A stretch of DNA of 64,000 nt. It comes from Hamiltosporidium tvaerminnensis FI-OER-3-3. Taxonomy: Eukaryota; Fungi; Microsporidia. The notes under the pieces were generated by a model that saw only the letters and a program-made list of their open reading frames with translations, made no database searches and was not told the origin of the DNA. The position numbers were made by a program, and so were the translations under genes. Below, piece after piece: positions 11,559 to 22,795 of the stretch (position 1 is the first letter of the stretch; the number at the start of each line of letters is the position of its first letter). The stretch lies in the NCBI GenBank assembly GCA_022605425.2, contig CM061253.1:558001-622000 (forward strand). The letters run 5' to 3'.

Positions 11559-12249
11559 TGTATTCTGATTTTTATTTTTTGTTTAAATATCTTCATTATC
11601 TATAAAATATTTGTATTAAATCGTAAACGTATCAAAATAATCAGATCATTATTTTTTTGAAAAAAATTAATTTAATTAATAAAACAAATATTAATACTAA
11701 AAATTATAAAGAACTTAGTAAACAGAAACATAGATAATGAAACCAATAAAGAAATTTACAATCTTAATATAATATTTTAAGATAAATATATTTTTAACTT
11801 TTTTTAGATATGATGTGATTTAGATAATTAATCAAAATTATTATAAGAATATCCAAAACACTTTTGTGAAAAGAAAATGATTTAATATTATTTTACCATT
11901 TATTAGTGTAAAAATGTACATTAAAATAATAATTAAATATTTAAAAGACAATCTTTTTAATTTTCTATTTGCGTATCATAAAATAATATTATTATAATTT
12001 TTAAGAAATATGTTCATCCATCTATATTACTAGAAATTTTAAACTTATATTAATCTTTGATAATAAGATATCTTAATATATTATTAATTGTCTTTTCTGA
12101 TCTAAGATCTAATTATATAAGAATTCCAATAGAATCTAATTTAACTAAAAAATTAATTTCTAAAAAGATAAATTGTTTGAAATAAACCAATAGGTCTGTT
12201 TATACAACAAATAAAAAACTATTTATAGATTTTAAGATAAATTCCACTA

Positions 12250-12498
12250 CCTTTTAAACCATTGAACTACTTGACATTTAAACCATTGAACTATTGAACC
12301 ATTGAAACATTGAACTACTTGACTATTAAACTATTGAACTATTGAACCATTGAAAAATTAAACTATTAAACCATTAAACTGATAAACCATTAAACTATCA
12401 AACAATTAAACCATTAAACAATTAAACTTTTAAACTATTGAACTATTGAACTATTGAACTATTGAACTATTGAACTATTGAACTATTGAACTATTGAA
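12250..12498. repeat. 8-bp microsatellite (attgaact)n with degenerate attaaacc units
   Basis: Perfect attgaact run at ~12437-12498, degenerate units upstream. Confidence 0.95.
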
Positions 12499-13644
12499 TA
12501 GATTTGAGTTCATAAAAAAGCTTTTTAATTAAGTCAGCTTGGCGAATTATTGATGTAAAAATAAAACCGAATTGATTTAAAATATAAAAAAAGTCTCTAT
12601 ACTACCTATGTAAGACCATTAAAGAAACTTTCTTAAATATTTAGATAACATAGAACCTCTGTGTTTCTATTTTAGTTGAGAATATTATTTTAAATTATTT
12701 ATTTACTATAAAACGTATGAAAATTTATATCAAATTTATTGTTCGTACAGATTTATAAGAAAAGTCTTAATACAAATAGAAAAAAAAACAGTTTTATATA
12801 TAAATAAATGAACTAATAAATAAATACATATAATTATTTCTAGATATAGATATTTATTGAGAAAATACTTTAATTATTTCTTAAAAAAGAAATAAATTTT
12901 GATTTAAGTAGTTTGAAACCACAATTTTATATTTTAAAATACGTTTCGTAGTATTTAATTTCTTGTTTTGAATTAGTATGCACTAAAATTAAGACATACT
13001 GATTATATACATTTTCATGTATGTCAAAATTTTAAAGTCTCAAGATTTGAGTAACTTTTTAAGTTACGATGGAAAAAAATGAAAATATTTGTTTACTTCA
13101 AGAAAAATTATACACCAGATTTTATCGAAAAAAACTGCTCAAATATATTTTTTCTTCTCTTTTCTAATAACAAGTTATAATTTGAAGAGGTTTGCAGGTA
13201 TTGGTTTTTAAAGGCAAAGATTATTGAAATGTAAGTTGGCTCTAAAGATTTTTGTTGTATTCGTAAATTTTATGAAATCTTATAAGAGTTTCAAAATTTA
13301 TATTAAAATTAACTCATTAACAGTGGTAAACAAATAAATAAGAAATATTCTAAAGAATATGGAATATCGGAAATTTTATATAAAATTAAAAGAAAGACAT
13401 AAAATTACATTATTTTATCTAAAAGTAGTTTTTAAAAAAGATATGCGTATAAAAATATCGATTTAGATTTTAATATATAATTTTTATTTAAAAGATATAT
13501 TCGTTATTAAATTTATATTCTTTTAAAAATACGTTTTTTTAATTTAATTAATATAATTTTGAATTTTACAATATTAAATGTTTATTTTTATCTAAAAAAA
13601 GAGTAAGATTATTAAAAAAGTCTGAATTTTGAGTTAAAAGATTT

Positions 13645-14628
13645 TTATTGACAAAGAAGTGTAGGTAAAGTATTTGTAGTATATGTTTGAGGAGCTGCTA
13701 AATTAGAAATACTGTTGCTATTGGCATAATAATATTGGGATGAAGATGAAGGCGGTAAAAGAGAGTTAGTTGAACATGCAGATGTAGATCGGTTATAAGT
13801 AGGTGATGGTAATGATTGATGAGGGGTGGCATTTGCATAGGCGTAATTGTATGCGGTGTTATAAGCGGTTGGATAGGTTGTGGAATTTATTGGCTGAACA
13901 GGTACTGAGTATTGTTGAATCGGTGCGCTAGAACTTGAATATGTTTGCTGTGAAGGTGGAGGTGATGGTGCATTCGGTCTCTTAACAATGGTGGTTTCAA
14001 CTTTACTAGGGGTAGCACATCCATGTTCTTTCATGGCGGTTAGAATAGGTTGGTCCTCTTTTACTGAAGAAGAACTTTCTGATGAATCTGGATCGTTTGT
14101 ATTCTGTGGTGGGGGATCCTCTGGATTTATATAATCACGGAATAAAAATAGTTGATTGTCATCTTGCGCACTACATTGTGCAGCCTTGACTGAAAAACTA
14201 TTTTTACCAAATCTTTTTGTCATATCTATTGCTAAACACTTCCTTGGTCTTCCTAAGACTTTACTTTTATACTTTGATCGTATCATAAAAGCGTCACCGC
14301 CAGTTTCTACAGCCCACCCATCTTCTTCCTCCTTTTCCGATTTACACGGTTCTATATTCTTTCTAGAATTGAAATAACACATCTTCCTTCCATTTACAGT
14401 GATTCTATATCTGTTATCTTTAACTTTTTCAAAAACAACTTTATCCATATCACCAACAATAGCATCTAAATGTGAGAAACCAAGCATATTATCTGCCATT
14501 ACAAGCCTTCTTTCATCTCCTTTGGCAGTAAATATATTTATATGCTTTCCTATAATTTCTTTTCTCATGCTATCCGCTTTCACAATACTACACAACACAA
14601 ATATAAAGAATCGTAATTTTAACAACAT
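13645..14628 (-). CDS. Secreted ricin-B-lectin-like (RBL) protein, paralogue 2
   Basis: Signal peptide MLLKLRFFIFVLCSIVKA; MCYF..IEPCK..GW, RKCLAID..AQCSAQDDNQLFLF; Ser/Thr/Pro tail; ends LLCQ. Confidence 0.82.
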   Translation of the reverse strand: MLLKLRFFIFVLCSIVKADSMRKEIIGKHINIFTAKGDERRLVMADNMLGFSHLDAIVGDMDKVVFEKVKDNRYRITVNGRKMCYFNSRKNIEPCKSEKEEEDGWAVETGGDAFMIRSKYKSKVLGRPRKCLAIDMTKRFGKNSFSVKAAQCSAQDDNQLFLFRDYINPEDPPPQNTNDPDSSESSSSVKEDQPILTAMKEHGCATPSKVETTIVKRPNAPSPPPSQQTYSSSSAPIQQYSVPVQPINSTTYPTAYNTAYNYAYANATPHQSLPSPTYNRSTSACSTNSLLPPSSSSQYYYANSNSISNLAAPQTYTTNTLPTLLCQ

Positions 14629-15399
14629 TTCATATTAAAATTTGACTTCTTTTATAATTTTATTTAATTATTAAACGTTTTACATTATACCTATTAAAAA
14701 TATATTTGATTTTTTTAAAAATTGATTTGTAACAACGTACATCAATATGTTTTAGATTATACATATAAAAGCCAAAATTAAAAATATTGGTATTATTTCA
14801 GTCGGAAGTTCAATATTTAAATTTACTTATAATTTATTTAATATGAATCATAAAGTAAAATATTATTTGTTGAAACTCAATGATTATCTTTGGTGTATCA
14901 TTTATGTTTAACTGTTTGATAAAATATCTGATTCTTAAAATTGATCTTTTAAGAAAGATAATACATTGATTTGAATAAATATTTACACTCACGTAAGCTT
15001 AAGTCTTAAATTTTCTGGAACCAACTTACTCTGTTAAAAATTTGTCGTAAAAAACACTAACTTAGATCATAAAATTAAAATATTTTCACAAATGAATAGC
15101 TTATTTATAGAGAAATGAATAGAATTTATTGTATCACTTAAGATTTTTTTAGAAATAATATTCATTAATGAAAAAAAGTGTTAAAATTAATTTCGAAATT
15201 AAAAAAAGATAAAAGAAAGATTTATTGATTATTTGGTTTGCTTTTGGGATCTTTGCTCCATCCATTAAAAAGCGATTTTCACAATTAGTTAATATTCATT
15301 AAGATTTTATTTACAATTTCAGTTCTCCAGGGAAAGTATTATTATGACTTATTCAGTAAAAATACTAAACAATTTATTATAAATATAATTATATATATT

Positions 15400-15520
15400 G
15401 GTGTTATATCAGGATATATAGGCCGATCTCCTATAATCCTGAGTTATATCGATTAAAAGAAATAAATTTTCATTTGTTCATCCTCGACACCGAGAGTATA
15501 AGTGAACAGGAATATGTATT
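15400..15520 (+). mobile_element. 5'-truncated SINE-like family B copy
   Basis: ataggccgatctcctataatcctgagtt...ttgttcatcctcgacaccgagagta matches 24080-24170 and the reverse complement of 30870-30960. Confidence 0.7.
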
Positions 15521-16115
15521 AAGGTGTTATATAATTAGAAATTATTCAAATTTATTTCAAGCGTATTTATTATTCGAATTTAATTAATATACAATTGATA
15601 TTTCAAATTTTATATCTGAATAGACTGGTAAAAATAATAGATAGATATTGGTCTGAATCAAAAAAAAAGTTTAAAAATCCTGAGTTGTAAATTTTTACCT
15701 TCATTCTACACTTAGATTCCAAAATACTTAAATGTCATATTAGTTTGAAATCTATTTATATATTCATTATGAAACAAAAAAACGATTTAAAATCCAATTT
15801 ATAGTAAATTATAGAATCTACAGAAAGCAATTAATAAAAAGCTATAACTAAAGTATAGTTTGGGAATTTAAACGGGGTTTTTGATACTTTTAGAGAGAAA
15901 TACTTATATTTAATCCAAAAACTAAAATATAATCTATTTTTATAGCCGAAACATTTAATTTAAAAACAAAATCAATACTGAGAATCTCATTTGAAAGAGT
16001 AAACATTTTTTACACAAAAATACAGCTAAGAACAATCATAAAACTGTGTTTTACATGTAAAAACAAAGATAAAAGATAAAAAATCGATGTAATTTATGTT
16101 AATATTTAGTTTATT

Positions 16116-17168
16116 CTATTGACAAACTAAGAGCAAGGACATGTTTTGAGAGCAAACTGGGATTTTACCTGAAATATAAGAGTTTCCGTATGCATCAGTA
16201 TGAATATAAATCGGTTCTGTTGCTCCAACAGTAGAATAAAAAGGTTTTGTAGGCTCACATATATTGTTGCTAGGGGCATATTGAGTTGATGGGGGCTGTT
16301 GATATGGATTATACGATGGCTGTTGATATGGATTATATGATGGTTGTGCGGGTTGTGTATTGTTGTATCCGTATTGCTGATTATAAGACGGCTGTGTTCT
16401 GTTTTCATATGTATTTGGTTGCTGGTAATTGCTGTAATATGAATTTGAATAATTGTAAGTATTTTGGGGAATCTGAGTAGAATAGTCAGGGGTTTGGGTC
16501 GTACAGGTTGTTATGCGTATCGGTGTTGTAATGAGACCTTCTTTTATACCTTCAATAAGTCCTTCGTTTTGACTTTCAAATGTAGTTTCTAACATTTCGG
16601 ATGAAGATTCTCTATTTGATTCTTTATAACTCATTTCTACTGATCCTGACTCGATTTCATTATCTTCCATTGCAGTGCTATGTGGTTTAAAGGAGAATAA
16701 TTGATCCTTATCTTTCTTATCACAATTTTCTGCTGAAATTTTATATAAATCAGCACGAGGTTTATTTGACACGTCAATTTTTAAACATTTTCTATTTTTT
16801 AGCGGTTTTTTATGATTATGTTTTGATTTAATCATATAAAAACCTTTTTCTTTTTTGATAGACCACCCATCCTCTTCATCTAATTCAGCTTTACAAGGCT
16901 CAATGCTTTTCCGAGAAGGAAAGTAGCATATTTTTGAATTAAATACCGTAATAGTGTATCTATTTTTAGCTGCTTTAGTAATATGTACCTTGTCACCTAT
17001 TCCTATAATCTTTTCAGCATCTCTAAAAAATATTCCTGATTTAGGAAATCTTACAAGTCCTTTCGTAGAGCCAGACGAAGTATATAATGACAAAGGTTTA
17101 TCCAAAAATTTTTCTTCGATATCTTTAGATATTATCAACTTTATAAATACCATACTAAAAAATAACAT
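16116..17168 (-). CDS. Secreted ricin-B-lectin-like (RBL) protein, paralogue 3
   Basis: First in-frame ATG at 17168 (MLFFSMVFIKLIIS signal peptide); ICYF..IEPCK..GW, RKCLKID..ENCDKKDKDQLFSF; QPSYNPYQ repeats; ends LVCQ. Confidence 0.82.
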   Translation of the reverse strand: MLFFSMVFIKLIISKDIEEKFLDKPLSLYTSSGSTKGLVRFPKSGIFFRDAEKIIGIGDKVHITKAAKNRYTITVFNSKICYFPSRKSIEPCKAELDEEDGWSIKKEKGFYMIKSKHNHKKPLKNRKCLKIDVSNKPRADLYKISAENCDKKDKDQLFSFKPHSTAMEDNEIESGSVEMSYKESNRESSSEMLETTFESQNEGLIEGIKEGLITTPIRITTCTTQTPDYSTQIPQNTYNYSNSYYSNYQQPNTYENRTQPSYNQQYGYNNTQPAQPSYNPYQQPSYNPYQQPPSTQYAPSNNICEPTKPFYSTVGATEPIYIHTDAYGNSYISGKIPVCSQNMSLLLVCQ

Positions 17169-17576
17169 ATATTTTAATTTCAAACATAGTATTTATACTT
17201 TTATAATTATCTTTGCGTTTTAAAATCCACCATTTATTATATATTTCAATTTTTCACAATTATTTTTATTACGTGTCAAATTTTTATTCAGTTTCATTCG
17301 TTTCAGTTCAAAAATTTACAAACACTAGTTATCAATTTGTATCTTTTTGATAGGTAACGGAACTTAGAAAATTAGTTAAGTTTTAATTGGACATTTATTG
17401 TTCTAAAGAATCCAGAAAAGTAATAAGTAAGATAGTAAACTATAAGCTTATATAAAGGGCTATCAAAAGTTTCCTATTTAGTTTTAAATGTTTTTAATTT
17501 CAGATGAATAAAATATATGAAAATGAGCAAATAGCATTCTTCTTTCTATTTTAAAATTTATATCTACGATTTTTTT

Positions 17577-17720
17577 TTAGTAGATCGCTCCTTCTCTACA
17601 GATATAACACAACCCAATAATGAATCATAGCTTCGCCAAGTTATAGGCGTTCCAAAGACAATTTCTTGTAATAGATTAGGTTGTCAGCCTAACGCAAACT
17701 TTCCAAACGATAGATAAAGA
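17577..17720 (-). mobile_element. Truncated copy of RTE-tailed SINE (family C)
   Basis: Reverse complement aligns with 26490-26632 (gaaagtttgcgttag..tgacaacc, aacgcYtataac, tctgtagagaa). Confidence 0.65.
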
Positions 17721-18349
17721 GTGTGCCAAACGATATCTAAGATAATGCCTTAAAAAATATTTTTGCTTATTCTTCGTATCCTTTATAGATCAGAAAAATA
17801 GAAATTTTATTATTTGATACAAAAGATTATAAAAATATAACGAAAAGTTAATAGATCGGCTATCTTAAGAGTTAACTACACAATCATTTCTGTATTCGAA
17901 TTATATGCTCAAATATAACAATTCCTAATAGAATATTCTTCAACATATCTTATTTTCTATTCGTATATTATTTACTAATGCGGATATTCATCAAATTTAA
18001 TAAAATATACTTTATTCAAAACTTAGAAATCCATATCAAATTAATAAATTCCATAAAATTGAATAATTTAAATTTTAAAACCAAATTCTTCTATATTATA
18101 TTACCGATAGACTTGATTAATAAAACATTGATTCTTCTAAATTCAAAAATTTATAATATTTATGTATGATAACCCAAAATATATTCAAACAATTTATCAT
18201 ATTTCAAATTATTTTCTCAAATGGTTTAAATGTTAATTTTCGAACTATTACTATTACAAAGTAAATTTTAAAAAGACATGAAATAAATTTGAGCAAATAC
18301 ATTTTTTCTGCAAACTTTCTTATAATAAGGAATTCGGAGTTTTTTAATA

Positions 18350-20036
18350 TTTCATATTTTGAGGAGAAAAAATGTGTGCTATTTTTAATGGAAAAAATTC
18401 TATCAAAATGTTATAGATTGTGCCAAATATGGGATTACTAAAGTGCAAATACTATAAAATTTCAGGAAGCTTGTCAAGTAATATGAACTACGATCAGAAA
18501 AGAAGGATTTAAAAACAAGGAGCCAATATAAACTTCGAAAATGGTGATTATATAAGATAGGTATCAACAATATCATTCAAGAAGCTATAAAAGATGGTGA
18601 AAAAGAGCCGAGCCAATGTTTTTTCTTCTATACATCTTCCTATCCATATTCGTATAAAAGCAATGCACCGGGAAACCACAATTAAAGCTGCGGGTTTAAG
18701 CGAGAGAGAACAGAACCATTCGTTAAACGTGCCAAGATTGCCAGAAAATCAACCTTTGATGCGAAATATGCAATTTAGTCTAAAACGGCTAATTATTAGA
18801 ATAAAAATTTCAGAAAGATCTTGTTGATATGGCGCAAATACTTGAAAGATAATGACGGCTATGTATAAATCTTACACATTTTGGATGTACACTCCAAATT
18901 TAAATTAGGGTACTATTGCTAACAAAGTCAGCAGCCGTAGTTTTAAAAGCGCTTATTATCATATTTTATCCGAAGGTGCACCTAGTATTCTACAAACAGA
19001 TAATGAAATGAAGTCGGTAAATGAAAGGATAAAACAAATATGTGTTGACCCCAACATTTCTTTTGTTCCTAGAAGAACAAGGCACCCATAAAAATAAGAA
19101 AAAGGTTAGAGATGCAACCAGACAATTATCCGCAATTCTGCTATAAATTTACGAACATCTAACAGAAAAGATGGATAGGTTTAAATAAGAAAATCGTACT
19201 TAGTATTAAGCTACAATTAAATTTAGGGCAAAGAAATAAATATAGCCACAATGGAGATATATAGAGGTCGAATAGAAAAAAATTCATTTTTTTACGAAGA
19301 AAATGCAATCATAAAAGAATATTCTTCACGCTCCGAATCAAAGGAAAATTTTGAAAATATAGATAGAAACATCTAAATGTCATCTGATGAAGATCAAGTA
19401 AATGATGAGAATAACAACCTGATAAATCCATTGTTCTAGGTACGGATTTACTTTAATATCAAGTCACAGGTGTCTTTCTATGAAGAAGGATGCGGATGAA
19501 CACTTTTTTTCACATAAAATTTAATCCCAGTGATATCGTGCTACTACAGAGAGGTTTCAATAACAATCAAAGGACCAAAAAATTCAAAATCATTAACTTC
19601 TTCTAAAAAAATCTTCGGAAATGATTGCTAGGAGTAGCCTTGATATTTTTTTGATAGATGTGACAGCAAGCTCAAAATTATTGCAAAAAATTGTATTAAG
19701 AAGTATCATTATGATATATTATTTTGTCTTGAAAACAACATGAATGATTAAACCCCCTCCCAATTCATAACAAATACGGTTATATCTTTTAAAGTAATAT
19801 TTTTCTATCTTATTTTCTCTTAAATTTCTTAATTACTGTTTTTGTGTTTCTACATATTTATATTTATTAAAATTAAAAAAAAATAAGAAATTTAGGAAAA
19901 TATTAAACGATGGAAAATGGCTTACAAAAAAGAATTAGAGTGAAAAATATTTTTTTTAGAAAACAAACCGAAATAATATATGGTTTTTAGAGATTTTTGT
20001 GGAAAAAAAATTTACAGTTGTGGAATGGGTTTGACA
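18350..20036 (+). mobile_element. Decayed Ginger-like (rve integrase-type) DNA transposon
   Basis: Broken frames encode HLPIH, DLVDM..DNDGY..ILDVHSKF, GAPSILQTDN and RCNQTI. Putative right end ...gggtttgaca. Left end not resolved. Confidence 0.7.
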
Positions 20037-20099
20037 AAAAATAACACAAATTAATGTAGTAATCTCTTAAAATAGTTTGAATAAAATATTAAGGAAGTA

Positions 20100-20597
20100 T
20101 AACTTAGTAGGCAATTCATTGGGTTTTTTTTGAATTAAGTAAGGGAATATTCCTTTTGGAATATTCCGGGGCTTTATTATGACACAATACTATGAGATGT
20201 ATCCTAAAAGACTTAAGTATCCATGAATGTAGAAGCGAATATACAATACATAATACACAATAAGAAAGTGGAAATAATTTAATTAAATCGACTAATAGAA
20301 CTTTCTTTCCGCTAGATTAAAGCCGAGGAGTGCCTGGAGGGGGCATTAATGGGGGTTTTGAAGTAGCTGAGAGACTTAAGGAATCAGCATGCGTTTAAAA
20401 TAAGCATGTTTCGAGAAATATTGTGTTAATCGTGGCAAAACAAAAAAAATACATCATATTTTACTTGGGGCGCCCAAGATGAGACAAACATCGACACTTT
20501 TGCCAATTAGATTTTAAAAAAGAAAATGAAAGCTTTAAATTGGGTGACTAAATACTTTATAATAAAATAATTGCCTTAATCTGAAATTTAAATAAAT
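20100..20597 (+). mobile_element. Short decayed 3' fragment of R4/Dong-like LINE
   Basis: ctaaaagactt..ccatgaatgtagaagcgaatataca matches the LKRLEIPMNVEAYIQ-coding region; ends atttaaataaat. Confidence 0.65.
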
Positions 20598-21289
20598 ATC
20601 ATCAACTTAAGTTTCTAGAGAGAAGTAGATCAGGAACATTCAAAAATAAAATACAAATAAAGATAATATCAGATTACAATTATCTTACACATAATTTTTT
20701 AAAAGAAAAGTTTAAAAAGTTTTTACGTCTTCCCATAGACGATTTACTTATGATTCTGTGCAGATCATTATAAGTTTGTACGGACTAATACTTAGCGATA
20801 TAAAAATTTGGGATTTTTTAGCTACCAGGAGAACTTTTACAAGTATGAAATGAAAATATGAAAAGCTATTACAGATAAGTTCTATTATGTTTTCTTTACG
20901 AAGATCAAACATAAATTGAGTATAAAATTTGAAAAATTGTAAATGATAAGCATATTGTGGATTGACTCACGACAAAAAAGGTCTGAAACTTAAATATTAC
21001 GTAAATGCTGGATTTTGGAACCAAAAAATAACATGATACAATAAAAAAATCATCCCAGAACATAATCACAAATCTGATTTGGTTTATATCTACTGTAAAA
21101 CTTATACTTTGTTCTATATTATTACTCAAAGGCCGAATTTATTCTTAAATTAGAAGTGATTTAACTTTGATTAATGTATAAAATTAAAGGTAATATATGT
21201 CTTGAATTAAAATATTATTCCCATATTAAAATCTAATTATAATTAAATTTTTCATACATTCATCCGAACGAAAATAGGAAATAAATATT

Positions 21290-21606
21290 ATGCTTTTTTT
21301 TTTATTTTTATGTTGCTAAATCAACAAGTGTTGGAGCAAGCCGTAAAAGATTATCAAATCTAGTACCAAGTGAATGTAGACTTTTTTAATTGTATTCCTA
21401 ATAAATTTAGCAAACGACATATACCAAACGATGATGAGATTTTAAATCGAGATAATCTAGAAAGGATAGTGGAATTAATTGATGCCAATAGTGTAAAGAA
21501 TATAAGCATGTTTGGCAATGAAAATTACCCGAATTTGTTGTCTGAAAAAGTTAGTAAAATAATGAATTGTAAAGAGGGTAGTCTAAGACCAAAGATAAAA
21601 AGTTAA
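21290..21606 (+). pseudogene. Possible remnant of a gene with hydrophobic N-terminus
   Basis: ATG at 21310 is in frame with ORF 21370..21606 but separated by one TAG; hydrophobic leader upstream is frameshifted. No family recognised. Confidence 0.3.
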
Positions 21607-22795
21607 TTAAATTGTTTTAACTATTTTTTTTTAACGACTTTTAATTTATTATCAAAACATCTACTCATTTAAACCAATGTAAATACCATAAGCCAAAAAA
21701 AAATTCTAGTATATTTTTTATAATGACACTTTTTATAAGATTAACACAGTATGCTAATTTTAAAAATTAAAATAGTGAAAATTTTTACTAAATATAAGCA
21801 AATATATTCTGAAAACCTCTAATTCAAGTCAAAACAAACAACTGTATAATCATTACACTCAAAATAGAATTTCAATTACAATATTTCAATATATGTTTGA
21901 TATTCAATTTAAGACCTACTATCATCGATAATGATCTAGGATTATGAAATTTTAGAATTGACCTAAGTATTTCATAATTTATATCTTTCGTTACGCATAA
22001 TGATCAAAACTATATGTGCTTTGCGGAACTGCACACATAATTTAAGCAATCTATAAAGAATTTAATTTATGAAATATTACTGGTGTAAGATAGGATAAAT
22101 TAAAACATACAAATTGCAGAAAATAGTAAAAGCCAAGTGGAATATGAATTATTTTAGAAATCTAAATATATAACGATTTTATGGAATAAAATTCTTATGA
22201 TTAGCCAAATTACCAAGATTATGTGCAATGAAATGTTTTGTTCTTTAAAAAATTCTATTATTGTATGAGCGGTGATTTTGAAATTCCTAGATTACAAAAC
22301 TTGCAATGAAAATGTATATTCGAACGATTTGAAGACTAAAAACATTTTATATCATCCAAAACCAGGAATCTGGTTTTTCCTATAGACATTGAATTATTAG
22401 AGAAACAACTTTAAAATTTTAGGTGTATTAAATTCATCCATCGTATTTTTAAATATGTGTCCAAACAATTAAAAAAATATTAATTTTATTCGCTTTTTTT
22501 TATCTAGAAGAGCAAGTAAATGGTCACCTGATTAATTTATTTATTGTTTACATCTCCAAGCTCTGATTTACCTCCCCTACAATTTAGAAATTGTAGACTT
22601 TAAAGGATATTCCATTTGATTTCTAATGTATTCGCAACCATTAAATATGGTAAAAAGGTTTACTAAGTGAAGTTGGATAAAATTTGAACGCCAAATACTT
22701 ACTATTTTTTGAAAATTTATAAATGTAATTTTTGATTCTATAACATTTCGGTAATATATGCGTATAAATCCTACCGATTAGCTTCTTATTTATAT

